This document shows, piece after piece, positions 23,785 through 36,294 of a stretch of DNA of 38,186 nt (the stretch's first letter is position 1; every line of letters begins with the position of its first letter). Below the pieces are notes generated by a model that was not told where the DNA came from, did not search any database, and saw only the letters and a list, made by a program, of their open reading frames with translations. The stretch spans positions 50,621,442-50,659,627 of the forward strand of contig NC_068992.1 of the NCBI RefSeq assembly GCF_001194135.2, written 5' to 3'. A program made the translations under genes and the position numbers. The stretch comes from Octopus bimaculoides (taxonomy: Eukaryota).

Positions 23785-24479
23785 GTAAAGTTATTTAGTT
23801 AATACCAGAACGTAAGCGCATTAATATTAATATTAGGGCTACTAATAGGTGGGCACCGCCCATGTTCGGCCCTTTCAGGAACACTATTTACATTTCATAT
23901 ATATGTGTGCTATTAAATCAGTTTGTGTTTTGTGTCAAAATTTGTTTTCATTTTACTAACATGAGCATTGCTTCTGATGAAATAGCTGAGAAATACACGG
24001 CGATATAGTTATATGCCTTCTCTTGTTCTGACTCAGACACGTTGCACAAAGAATAGTTGAGTAGGTTACTAGAAGTGTGATGAAAAATCTTTGACAAAGA
24101 AATCAAAATAATAATAAAGCTGAAGTGAAGACCAAATATATAGTGCGTGTTTTAAATTGGCAAAATATGAACACCTCCAAGTATAACTATATCGGTTTCA
24201 ACATACGATTTCACATCAGGAATCTTGCTAAACAAATACATAAGCGTAATGATCAATATTGGTTTTGACTCAATACAAATGCCTAGAAAATGTTTCAATT
24301 TTCACCGTTCTCCACTTACAATAGTATTTATTCATTTCAATCGATTTTTTTACAAAGTTGTTTATAACGGTAAACATTGAAGAACGTTGGACATTCAAGT
24401 CTATACAACACAGACAATTCTAAAGTAATGTCTAGTTATTTATAAAACAAGAATGCAGTTGCAATTTACACTTTGTGGA

Positions 24480-24703
24480 TGTTTCAAAACATCGCGCACA
24501 AAAGTCTTTGTTATATTTCATGTATACACGCACTCTCATTCCCAAAACACACTTTCAAACCTAAAAACATACAAAATGTCGTTCGCACACAAAACGCATT
24601 CTCATGCAAACATTCATATGCACACTAGATTTTCACAAAAGATATGCTTAAACTCAAACCCTCACACTCACCGAAACACAACACAGACTTTCATACCAAA
24701 ACA

Positions 24704-24790
<87 letters not shown>

Positions 24791-25150
24791 CACTTTCTCT
24801 CACACAAATACACGTATACAAAAATTATTTTCACAAATAAATATACACACACAGTTGAATATCGCTCATAAAATACATACAAAGTGACCCATTTACACAC
24901 ACGCATACACAAATACAATCACACACATAATAAAAAGCACAGACATCTAAGTTCACATATGCGCATCATATACACATAAATAGATATTTTCTCTTATATA
25001 CACATACACAAATATATTTACTCTGTCATCTCTTGAACACAGAAACGCAACATCATATGTAAGAACCCACGCATATATAGGAACAGGCACACGCAGACGT
25101 AAAAAACATAGACAAAACTATTACACGTGCTCATGCACACGCAGAGTAGA
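24480..25150. repeat. CA-rich low-complexity tract with pure (CA)n core (~24705-24786)
   Basis: Directly visible. Confidence 0.85.
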
Positions 25151-25169
25151 GACTGTAAAATGTGACATG

Positions 25170-25707
25170 GACACCTTGAAAACCAAGTTCCTCCAAACTA
25201 TGACAGCATCTTCACCCCGCATCTTAGAACAGGGCCTGAGGGTCAACTCACACAGCTATGTGAATCTACTGGAGACTGATGAATCCCTGGCTACCGAACT
25301 CGACTCTTTGCCATACTTTCAGGAGGAGACTGATGTGGCTGTCGGAGAATTTATACATCACCAGCCTCAATTTCTGTCCCCTTAATTCACCCCATTTTAT
25401 TATCATGGATTACTATGAGTGGGGTCCGATGAGAAAGACACCAACCGCGCTGCCTCCAAAATCAAGGCCGAGGTGTGGTGGCCAAGATCAAGGGAGGTGT
25501 TCGAAGATCTTCTCAGGGGCATATAAAGAATCGCACGCCCCTGGTTCGGCAGCTGTCTTCATGACGTGGTAGAAGCTGAGGGCAGCTACTTTGAGTAAAC
25601 TGTTATCTCTGATTAATGATCAAGCTAATATGCTTTTGAGTTTTTTAAATACTTATAGTTTAATTTTCTTTTATGCAAGCTGTCAAATATAGGGCGAGCA
25701 CTCTCTA
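25170..25707 (+). mobile_element. Tc1/mariner-superfamily (DD37D, maT/rosa-like) transposase 3' remnant, frameshifted and internally deleted
   Basis: Translated pieces KTKF..M, PRILEQGLRVNSHSYVNLLET..PW, CHT...WLSEN, NSP..MDYY.WG and terminal EAEGSYFE* (stop at 25596-25598). These match the catalytic-domain motifs of this family (QQD..PCHT, WPPNSPD.NPMDY.VWG, EAEGG.FE*). Confidence 0.88.
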
Positions 25708-26223
25708 CTTGCCCTGCTGTGTTTACTGCAATAATATATAATCCATGTCTGTTTTTTTCCTTCTGCAACGAATCTCAGAGGCTATGAAAACGCCATAGGT
25801 AATTCCTATCCTCGTTTAATTACGATATGGTTAAAAAATTCTCACATACAGGAAACCTTATGTTTATATGACTGCAGCAGAGTGCGGAAATGAAATTATG
25901 GCACTGTCAAGAACATTAGCAACTAACGTGAATTAAAATATAACATAGGAGCAATCGAAGCCATATCGAGAACCCCGTTAACCGACAGGTTATCTGTCCA
26001 GCGCTAGACATAACTACTTATAGCTCAGAAGCGCTCACACTTATTTCAGATAATATAGAGAATGTACACAGGCGCAAAACTTCATGTGAAGTAAATATAA
26101 TTCCGTGACCTTTGTGATTTTTCTCAAAGCGATGCAGTCAAACATCAAATGTCCGTATTTCATGCTTCACCATTTGTAATCAGCTGTATCGATCAATAGG
26201 CGATTCACACTTTTGATTTCAAG

Positions 26224-26307
26224 AGAGACAGGAAATGACATTGTGTAACGTTCACGCCTTTCCGAAGAACATTAATGTCGTAATTAACGTGAAAGGTCCA
26301 CAAGAGG
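26224..26307 (+). CDS. Candidate internal exon, phase 1/1 (RQEMTLCNVHAFPKNINVVINVKGPQE), product unknown
   Basis: Acceptor ttcacacttttgatttcaag, 84-nt open frame, strong donor AGG|gtaagc. Confidence 0.3.
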
Positions 26308-26334
26308 GTAAGCTATTGTCTCGCTTTACTAGGT

Positions 26335-26613
26335 GTGTGTATGTGTGTGAGTGTACGTGTGTTTTGTGTGTATGTGTGTGTGTGTGTGTGTGCGTGTAGG
26401 TGCATGTGTGTGTATCGATCAAAATGTGTTCTTTACAACTTTATGTATCTTAATCAGTATGTATGTATCTTTTTATGTGCGTGTGTTCCTCCTCTTAGAT
26501 CTTACACTACACTCATCGTACTTCGTACACAAACACACTCACACTCACATATATATATATATATATGAATATATATTTACACACAACACATATATACACC
26601 CACACATATATAT

Positions 26614-26698
<85 letters not shown>

Positions 26699-26770
26699 TA
26701 TACATATATAAGGTATACTAAAGTTTATATGTATATATGTATATATGTGTGCGTGTGTATTTATATATAA
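26335..26770. repeat. (TG)n and long (TA)n microsatellite cluster
   Basis: Directly visible. Confidence 0.9.
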
Positions 26771-28109
26771 GGTATATTAAAATTTGGATACGTCGGCATT
26801 TTGGTGTATATAAAAAACAAGATGAAGATACTTTAATGTATTTCTAATGAACATTAAACGCCAAGATCGCCAAGTACAAGAATAGTTGATTTAGTTCGCT
26901 AGAAGCTACTTACAATTATTATAAGACAGTACTCGAAACATCTGTATATTCATTGATTGCATGCATTAAAAATCGCATCTATAGCTTTATGGTAAAATTC
27001 ACTGAACTGACCCTTGTATATGGACGTTACGGACTGTGTAAGAAACTATTTGGACCTTAGCAAAGTAATGATATTTGAAGTCAGCAACATAAGAACAAAG
27101 ACACATTAAAATAGTTAAATAGTAGGATAAACTTTATTGCTTGGGTATGTTGAAAGGCATAATGAATTCAGGTGCCATTTCGATTTAGATCACATCTAAA
27201 CTGACCACATACCTTAATAACATTTAATTCAATGTTTTATCAGTTTGTGTCACCCCACTTCACCCAGTAGTGTCATACGTACATTCCTCTCTTTCACTCT
27301 CATTCTCTCAAGTTCCTCCTGAACATCCTTTAATACAATGGGCAATCATTTCTGCAGATCTCGCATAGAGAAGCAAATGTTCTAGGTGGCGTCAAACAGT
27401 ATTGTAACAATTTATGTATCTACTAGAGTTAATGGGTATATGAGGGTACATGACAAATATACACGCATACAATCAAGCGAGTTTAGACAACGTAAGTATG
27501 GAACATCAAAATCCCATATATACATAAACATACTCGAATATGTGTGTGCACGTGTGCTTGTGTCTATGTATGTGTATATAAACAACAACAACAATAATAA
27601 TAATGACAATAATATATGTATGTATATATATATATACATATATATATATATAGGTTACGAGAGGTAATGGTGTCAGTTAGACCCACAAGGTGTCAAATAA
27701 TGCTGAGTAAGTGGTATGGGTATCCCATAGTTAAGCTCTAGGTTCGGTGATTATGCGAATAAAAAGTCCAACGTAGGTCATATATCAACGTGTGTATATA
27801 TAAAAAAAATTTCAGAATGAGATAAAAAAAAACCAAGGCTGTGTACATTATAGAACATTTATAAATAGAAGATCTTACAGCTGTTTCCAGGATATTTATT
27901 ATATCCCTTCATCATAGACGGTGTGAGAAAATGGTTAAGCAATAGCTAATTTAGATAAGATACGAATTAGAGAGTGAAGTGGAGGAATGAAAATAGATGT
28001 AAGATATGTAGGGATATTGCATTTCTAGATCCATAATGTATGCAGAATGGTACACATATAAGATTCCAATATCTTGTGAGTAAAATCCAAATGGATTTAC
28101 ATATATATA

Positions 28110-28370
28110 TAAACCATCACCTAGGGTGGAAAACAAGCAAAGACACACAGACACCCCAACACGCACACATAAATATGCATAAATATACATATACCTATAC
28201 ACACACGTACACATATATATACATATACACGGGCACACATGTACACAACATCTTTCACTATCCATCTACCAAATCCACTCACAGGGCTTTGGTAGGCCTG
28301 TGATTGTAGCAGAATACATGTGTCACGTAGTGGGACTGAACTTGAAACCATGTGTTTGTAAATCAAACTT
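28110..28370 (-). mobile_element. SINE family A copy (antisense)
   Basis: tccatctaccaaatccactcacagggctttggtaggcc..gtagtgggactgaacttgaaaccatgtg is the reverse complement of the family A head. Confidence 0.8.
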
Positions 28371-29193
28371 AAGAAACATCAACAACATTTTGTAGATACA
28401 TTTTGAGTTAACTTAGTACCTATTACTATTGACTTCGTTCCTCAAGAACTTTGCAAATAATATGTAGTTATACGAAAGTTTCCATAGATAAGTTTCTTAC
28501 GTGAAAATTACTATTATATTCATGAAACTAAAAAGCTAATTTCCTTTGTGTGATGTGTGTTGTTTATTTAGCATTCAGAAATAAAAGAAATACACTAAAT
28601 TTTAACAATTAAATAACTTACTAATGACGTCGCATTTTTTTTTTACATGAAATTAATGATTTAAGTTTATCAAAAAACGAAGACAATGCAACATTTATAC
28701 ATATTTGGTAATTTAGCAAGCTGGATATCGGTTAATTCGTTACAATTTTCATTCGCTACCATCCCTGATAAAAAAAAAAATTAAAAGTGGAGAAAGGGAT
28801 AAAGACACTTTGTTTTCGCTGAAGAAAGAATTACCTATTATCGTTGCAAAGAAAGAGAGAAGAATTATCTATTATTGTTGTTGAAGGATTAATAAAATCA
28901 GACTGACTCTGCTTCAGAAGTGTGCTATTTTCTTAATTATTTCTTATATATTATCTGTATTACCCATGGATCATGTTTTAGAAGTGTGTTAATTCTGTAG
29001 TTGTTTCTTATAATAAAAATAATATACACATGAATAATAAACAGGACTTTAGTACTAAATTATGCATGGATTCTTTCCTGTTTTGAATATTGACATACCC
29101 CAAAAGAGCTACATTTCCTAGAAGATGGTGATGATTGGGAAATAATGTAGTCGAATAATAAGTTTTACTAATCCTTTGATTTTCATAAATCTT

Positions 29194-29350
29194 GCGCAGG
29201 AGTGCCTGCGTGGTAATTAGCTTGCTTACCAGCCACATTGTTCTGGGTTCAGTCTTAGTACGTAGCACGTTGGGCAGGTGTCTTCTATAACCTCGGGTCG
29301 GCAAAGCCTTGTGAGTGGATTTGATAGACGGAAACTGAAAAAAGCCTGTC
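29194..29350 (+). mobile_element. SINE family A 5' half (tRNA-like head)
   Basis: gcaggagtgcctgcgtggtaattagcttgcttaccagccac..ctgggttcagtc..aaagccttgtgagtggatttgatagacggaaactgaaa. Confidence 0.88.
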
Positions 29351-29599
29351 ATATATATATATATATATATATATAATCCTTTGTCTCTCTCTCTGTTCCC
29401 AAACATTCTCAAATGGCTGAAACCAAATCAAATCAAACTTTACAGACCCGTGAGTGAAACATGTAATCTTCTTGGATTAAAACGATGCAACATTGGCCCC
29501 GATTCCGTATTATGCGTCAGAACTCAAGGAATAACAGTGATAGAATAACATCAATATTATAATGTGATATATTGTTTCACTTTAATACTTTTAAATTTA

Positions 29600-30640
29600 A
29601 TTCTAACCACCACGACTACGATGACAGTTTGTATACAGCTGTCTATCTGTCCATGAATGTGTGTGTGTGTGAGTGTATGAATTTGTATATGTCTCTTAGT
29701 GTATGTCTTTCCGCGTTAGGTACATTATTAAACATACCATATCCTTCATTCTTATACTTTTACATTTAATTCAAACTACGACGACGATATCACATTTTGT
29801 ATATGACTGTATCTCTTTGTGAATGTATGCATGCGATCGTATGAGTGTGTATGTGTCTCACAGTGTGTGTCTTTCCGCGTCAGGTACGTTATTCACCATA
29901 CAATATGTATGTGAGTGCTGGTCAGTGTCAATACATTGTTACCAGGACATTTTATACCACAGCGACACAACATCACATTTTTTATATGACTGTGTTTGAG
30001 TGTATGTACGTATCTGAGTGTGTATATGTCTCAGTGTGAGTGTTTGTGTGTTTTGCCACGTTAGATACGTTATTAAACATCTACAGGTAGATATTTAACG
30101 GCACCTTATTAAACACAAACACGCACACCTATACATACATATATACCTATTTGACTGACATGCGTGAATGTATGTCTCAGCGTATGTCTGTCTTACTATA
30201 TGTATGTGAGGGTTGGACATTGTCAAAACGAAATTTTATTTTCATTTCGATTAAAACAATATAACATTTTATAGAGATAATCTTTCTATTGTCAACAAGA
30301 CATTTTATACCACGTCAACAATGACCTCACATTTTGTACAAGGCTGCGTATCTGTCTGTAGGGGTATAAGTGTGTATATGTCTTACAGTGTGTGTGTCAT
30401 TCCGCGTTAAGCACGTTATTAAACATACACATCTACACATACATATGTAACGACTAACATGCGTAAATGTATGTGAGTGTATATGTGTCTATGAGTGTAT
30501 GACTATGTATGTGTCCGTTAGTGTGTGTGTCTCCCCATTACGCACGTTATTAAACACTATCACAAACACATCTACACATACATATACACATATGACGACT
30601 GACATGCCTGAATGTATGTATGTGAATTCTAGAGGTGAAA
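29600..30640. repeat. Diverged minisatellite, ~130-180 bp units, about 6 copies
   Basis: Motif ttccgcgttaggtacgttattaaaca recurs at ~29709, 29873, 30055, 30400 and 30533, with cacattttgtatatgactg and gacattttataccac also repeated. Confidence 0.8.
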
Positions 30641-31035
30641 CTCTTGAAAACGAACAATGAGGTGGAAAGGTCCAAGGTATATATAACAATACACATTTAC
30701 TGTTCCATTACCAGTTAATAATTATCACCACAGTTGCAAGGTATTTACAAATCCATATTTAACCTTACATTAAGAAATTTATCCTATATATATGTATATA
30801 ATTCTTTGTCTTTCTGTAATAATTATTGTGGTTTATTCTGTTAAATTAGCAGTTCTATACATGTGTTTCTATTTCGTCCAGTTGCTTATATTTCGTTAAT
30901 TTACAATACATACAAAAATACAGAACACTATACACATACAACACTGTAAGACATTGTGCCTTATTTTTTGAGTAATTCATTACTACGTTTTCTCATGTGA
31001 CTGCATATGCTCACTTTATATTTCTTATTCTGCAG

Positions 31036-31217
31036 CCACACAAGCAATCCAATGTCAACCTTTCGCCTTCTGCAACATTTCAGAGTTGACTTTCTCGTTG
31101 CCATCTCCCATTTCCGGAATGTACCGGTTTAGGTACAATATCACCATTAAACCTCCAATCATTTGACTGTCAACCATACGACGGGACGTGTTAGAGGCAG
31201 CGCTGACCGCCTCAAAG
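31036..31217 (+). other. Candidate spliced exon with strong splice sites but a stop in every frame; the phase-1 frame has a single internal TGA
   Basis: Acceptor tttcttattctgcag, donor AAG|gtgagt, locally higher GC. Phase-1 frame reads TQAIQCQPFAFCNISELTFSLPSPISGMYRFRYNITIKPPII*LSTIRRDVLEAALTASK. Confidence 0.3.
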
Positions 31218-31420
31218 GTGAGTATATCCACTGACAGCCTTTCGGTGGATTCCAAAATTACATACCCCACACTCCCAATTTTCCATGATAGATTAGGGCA
31301 TGGAACCCTCCAAACGTGCGTATTACATGTCTCTTAGTCGAATTAGACCATCATTTACTTCACAAATGTTTTGTCGTCAATGCTGCACTTATCCGTATCA
31401 CCTGTTTCAACATAACTGTA

Positions 31421-31484
31421 ATATATATATATATAAAGAGACTATAACATTTTAAATCCCAGCGAAGCCGGTAATTCTGTTAGT
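31421..31484 (+). mobile_element. Probable non-autonomous Helitron remnant (3' hairpin plus terminal motif)
   Basis: cccagcgaagccggtaattctgTTAG|t resembles the Helitron 3' end (CCGGC-GAA-GCCGG hairpin ~10 nt before CTRR|T). Preceded by tatatataaag. Confidence 0.45.
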
Positions 31485-32030
31485 CAAAAATATGCAAGAT
31501 ATTTAACAAATAATATATGTGCGTGTGTATATGTCTATGTATGTATGTATAAATGTGTGTGTGCGTCATTAAAAATGTATTCTGCTATTCACGAAGATAA
31601 AATGAATATAAACGAGAGAATGTCGTGAACATGACCTTAGTATTCCTTAATTAAATTTAATTCTGAATATTAGCAATTTCCCTTTCAATGTTACAAGAGT
31701 TACTTCACTTATTGTATAAACGTTTTTTTTTTTAATACAGATTACTATTGTAAAAAGATCATTATATATACGTAAACCAACCAACCTACCTACCTAACTA
31801 CGTGCATACATACATTTATGTATGAATGGATGGTTTTATGCTATTATGTAAGTATTGATATCAAATATATTTTTAAATGATATTTAAAATTTATGACTCT
31901 CAGGCATGTTATATAACTGGGCGTTTCACTCCGACATAAAATTCATTGTTTTACTATATATAACAAACTTAATAAAAAAATTAGAGATATATAATAATCT
32001 ATGCAGTGCTAGGTTTCATTTTTTTTCTTT

Positions 32031-32137
32031 TTCAAGAAATGTTTTGCTCCCGCAGAATTCAATAATATAATATCTAGATTTTATTTTTTTCAAGAAATTT
32101 TTCCTCCCGCAGAATTCAATAATGTCATAATATCTAG
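32031..32137. repeat. 58-bp tandem duplication
   Basis: ttcaagaaat...ctcccgcagaattcaataat..ataatatctag at 32031 and 32089. Confidence 0.9.
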
Positions 32138-32261
32138 GAATTATAATTTCTCGCTTGTAAAGAAGTAGACTGGAAACTAAAAACTTTACGCACTCCGCAC
32201 ACTTCAAACATAAACCTAATTGTTTAGGCACTTTATTGAGCTTTAATATTGTACTTGTAAT

Positions 32262-32472
32262 AAAAGCGGCAAGTTGGGCGAGTCGTTAACATAGCAGACA
32301 TATTGCTTAGAAGAGTTAACATTTGAGTCGAAATTGTGCCGAGGTAGAGTTTACGCTTCATCCTCTCATGATCCATAAAATAAGCACAAGTCATTTGTTG
32401 AGCTCGATGCAATCGACGTCTCCTGCCCTTCAAAAATTTCTGACCTTGTGCCTGTATTACAAAGGAGTATTC
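32262..32472 (+). mobile_element. SINE family B copy, decayed
   Basis: aaagcggcaagttgggcgagtcgttaac..gcttag..gagtcgaaattgtgccgagg..ttcatcctctc..ataaaataag..gatgcaatcgac..aaatttctgaccttgtgcct. Confidence 0.7.
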
Positions 32473-32528
32473 TAATTAGACATCAGATAAATGTCATTAC
32501 ACGCACACGCATTTATGTTCTTTATATA

Positions 32529-32726
32529 TATTTTAATGGGTGAGGCCGGTTTATGGGATTACCCTAGGTTTCCCGCCCACAAAGGATTTAGCTTTATGGC
32601 ATATCGTCAGACACCAACACTTGCTGGCCTAAGACCTCTTCAACTTATGGAGGGAGAAAAGCTTAAACCTGTTATGGACGGGAAGCCCAGAGTAATCTCA
32701 TAAACTGACCTTCCCTCATTAAAATG
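32529..32726. mobile_element. 198-bp MITE with ~65-bp TIRs and TA target-site duplication (Tc1/mariner-type)
   Basis: Left end TA|tattttaatgggtgaggccggtttatgggattaccctaggtttcccgcccac; reverse complement of right end TA|cattttaatgagggaaggtcagtttatgagattactctgggcttcccgtccat. Confidence 0.8.
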
Positions 32727-32978
32727 TACATTACTCTACATCTTCGGATTTTGGGTTTTCTAGGTACTCGATATGAATTCGTGTGTTGAAACACACCTCG
32801 TGTCTTGGTGTCATTACGCCAATAATTACACACTCAGTGTTTCACTATCATTTCTTTATTGTTAGTCCATTGGTTAAATGTAAACAAAATATAGATTTGT
32901 TAGATATTTAACAAATTGACTAAGAATGTATTAATATTGGAGTAATGACCCTCCCAAGACACAACATGATATATATGT

Positions 32979-33022
<44 letters not shown>

Positions 33023-33650
33023 ATATAAGTAATTTACATATACACACGCACACATATGAGTATGAGTCTATATGTGAATTTGTTGCTCTACGTATGCACA
33101 CGTGTATGTTTATGTCTATATTCGTATATCATTTGAAACAATGAGACACTGTTGTTACTGATATTTTTACTTTTCCTCTGGTGACATAAATCTAAAATAT
33201 ATCCTAATTATGCAGGCGTGATATATTAAGCATTTCGTACATCAGTGAAGCGGAAAGATTTCACTAATAAATTGCCTTAGAATTACTCGAATTGTTACTA
33301 TAACAATTTGTACTATTTAAGTTATTCTTGCAGAAGGAGTCAGCTATATTCCCTGAGAGTTCTTGATATTATATTGTATTTGGTGTAAAATAATGATAAT
33401 AATATAAAATTCTGTGGATGATAAATTCTGCAACAAGAACACATGAATAAATTTCAGTCAGTTTACGTATACATTCTTCATCTTTTTTCTTATTTATTCG
33501 ACGACAGCCTTTAAAGCATGAAATACTTATATAGGTAAAAAATACTTATATAGGTTTATGTTCTCATGATTTGTCGGAAATAACTTTGTGTACACGTGTG
33601 TAAGAATACATAAATTGGTATACTGGCGTGGCTGTGTGATAAGTAACTAT

Positions 33651-34046
33651 AGGCACAGGCGTGGCTCTGTAGTAAGTAGCTTGCTTACCAGCCACATAGT
33701 TCCGGGTTCAGTCCCACTGTTTGTCACTTTGGGCAAGTGTTTTCTATTACAGCTTCGGATCGACCAAAGGCTTGTGAGTGGATTTGGTAGACGGAAACTG
33801 AAAGACCCCAGTGATATATATATATCGGTGTTTGTGTGTGTGCGTGTGTGTCTATCGCCTCACCGTCGCTTGACAACCGATGTCGGTTCGTTTACGTTCC
33901 CGTAACTTAGCGGTTCGGCAAAGAACACCGATAAGATCAGTAATAGGCTTACAAAGAATAAGTCCTGGTTTCCATTTATTCATTTAAAGGTCGTGCTGCA
34001 GCATGGCTCCAGTCAAATAACTGAAACAAATAGAAGAGTAAAAGAA
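33651..34046 (+). mobile_element. SINE family A, near full length, preceded by a duplicated 21-bp head (33625-33645)
   Basis: ggcacaggcgtggctctgtagtaagtagcttgcttacc..ccgggttcagtccc..gtgagtggatttggtagacggaaactgaaag..cgcttgacaaccgatg..cttagcggttcggcaaag..gcagcatggctccagtcaaataactgaaac..aagagtaaaag. Confidence 0.92.
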
Positions 34047-34306
34047 TATATATATATATATATTCCTTCGTATATCTGTGCAGGAATAGCACAATGTGAT
34101 GCCATCGTATAAAATATTTCTGATAGTTACCTTATGGAACAGATTATAATGTAAAATTTTTGTAATGCAAATATGTGAATGAGAATAAAGTTTAGTTGGT
34201 AGCCGAAATAGTACTGAAACATTTGATACCCCATACGTCTAATTCAGTAACTCGTTTTTGGAATGCATAAGAAATATACGCGCACACGCACGCACACGCA
34301 CACACA

Positions 34307-34351
<45 letters not shown>

Positions 34352-34829
34352 CTCTCTTTTATAGATATAGACATGTTGCGGGTGTGTGTGTGTGTGGGCA
34401 CATTATAGAACACGTTGGTCGTGAATGTGGCCGTATTGAGGTGTCGGTGAATGTTTATGAAATATTTAATTTCTTTTACTAACGCAGAAAACTTTTCATT
34501 ACAAATCAACAGATGTGACCAAAATGTATTTGCCAGCTGTAGGAATTATTCAAGCGCTCTACTTCATATTCTCTTCCATATATTTCGAACCGCTTTTATG
34601 ATGTGTGAGTGTGTTTTTATTCTAAATTAAACACGAATTATTATTTTTATATTCAATTATATTAATTTTAGTATTATTTTCGGCAGAATAGTTCAACTTT
34701 GAGAACCATCTTTCAGACATTATAACTCTGCTCCGTAGCTTGCGTATCGGCATTTACAGAATATGTTTGTATTGTTGGTGGCAACATGCACCAACCTACC
34801 TCACAACATATACATGCATGCATACTTAC

Positions 34830-34837
34830 ATACGTAC

Positions 34838-34899
<62 letters not shown>

Positions 34900-35150
34900 G
34901 TCTGTCTGTCTGCCTGTCTAGCTAGGTACCTGTTTACCTCTCTCTCTATATTTACCTACCAACCTACCTACCTACTTATCTATCTATCTACGTCTGTCTG
35001 TCTGTCTATCTATCTATTTTACTATTCATCTATCTATCTACCTACTAGCTATCTCTCTACTATCTATCTATCTGTCTATCTATCTATTTATCCACCTATC
35101 TATCTCCCAATATGTCCGTCTGTCTATCTGTTTGTCTACCCCCCCTCTCT
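34830..35150. repeat. Compound (TATC)n/(TGTC)n/(TACC)n microsatellite
   Basis: Directly visible. Confidence 0.9.
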
Positions 35151-35269
35151 CTCTCTCATTATCAAACTATTCGGTTAGTGTTTTGGCCAACTCCATGCTT
35201 CCTCAAAGATATTCTGGTGTTATACGAGTTAAGATACTTTCAATAAAATAATGAAAGAAAAATCATTCA

Positions 35270-36120
35270 CTGGTAAATCAACTTAGGAGTTTTTATATGT
35301 ATATGAATAAGATCCTCTTAAATATTATTTTCTGATGTCAGATTTAAAAAATATTATTCAAGGATTCTGCAATCAAACATATTTGGAAACCAGTAATCAA
35401 AAGCACAAGCCAAAATTTCGTCATGTGTGCTAATATTCGAAATTAGTACGCTAGAACCTTCTTCAGTTGTTCCTGGTTTTAATGTGAGAATTTGCTTTTA
35501 GACAATTTTGAAAATTTTAGATCTTTTAATTGATTTAAAATTTCGTAATTGAGGGTCAGATTTGTTTTCATACTACGATGCTCAAGGGAAACAGTTTTCA
35601 TTTCAGACCATCGATTACTTTGATTTAAGTTCAGTCTTTGGAGAATTGGTTCTCTGCGTGTAGACTCCATTTGAAAAATTTCTCTTAAAATCAATATTTT
35701 TTTAAACGACAAGCATATATATTGCACACATGTTTCAACTTGAGTGTAATGAACAATGTCGTTCATTATTTTCGTAAAAGTTGTGTTCGGTCGCGCTTTC
35801 ATGTAAAAATGCAGAACTACACAAAGTTAGTTCGTTTTTGTTCCGTAAATTTTAGACTATTCATTGCTTACTAACCAAATATTGTGTTGGTGCAAAATTT
35901 GGGTAGCAAAACTTTGGGAGACTTGGTCTTTGTGCATATGTTCAAATATTCACTGAGTTAGATTTGCTCTGGGACGTCGTATTTGTCTATAAATCGATAA
36001 TCTCATTCTTAATGTGAATTTGGCTTGTCAAATGTAATCTCCGTTGCATCGTTGCATTTGATGGTATATATTTATATTAAATGTTTTCAAGAACAACTGA
36101 AGTGATGTTTTACAATAAAT
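35270..36120 (-). mobile_element. Probable hAT transposase remnant (SPIN/Charlie/GTF2IRD2-like), heavily decayed
   Basis: Minus-strand pieces TNFV.., MNDIVHYTQVE and ILILREIFQMES, recalled as resembling TVNFIRA..GDI.YHTEVRW..FELREEI..FMES of this family. Multiple stops and frameshifts; alignment is from memory only. Confidence 0.45.
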
Positions 36121-36294
36121 CTTGTCCCGATTTAAATGTATATGCTGCGTACGCAGTCAGGTTATCACAATTCTGCATTTAAAGCGGCCACATATTTTAA
36201 CTGTTCAAGATGAGTCGGTAGTTGATAATTTCGCACTGGTAAATATTTTTTAAGGGATTTTTGTTGTCTTGTGCATTTGATTATTTGTATGTTT

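Noticed and set aside
29600-30640. Repeat-spacer-like periodicity suggesting a CRISPR array
   Set aside because: Eukaryotic context, spacers are homologous to each other, repeats are diverged, and there are no cas genes. It is a minisatellite.
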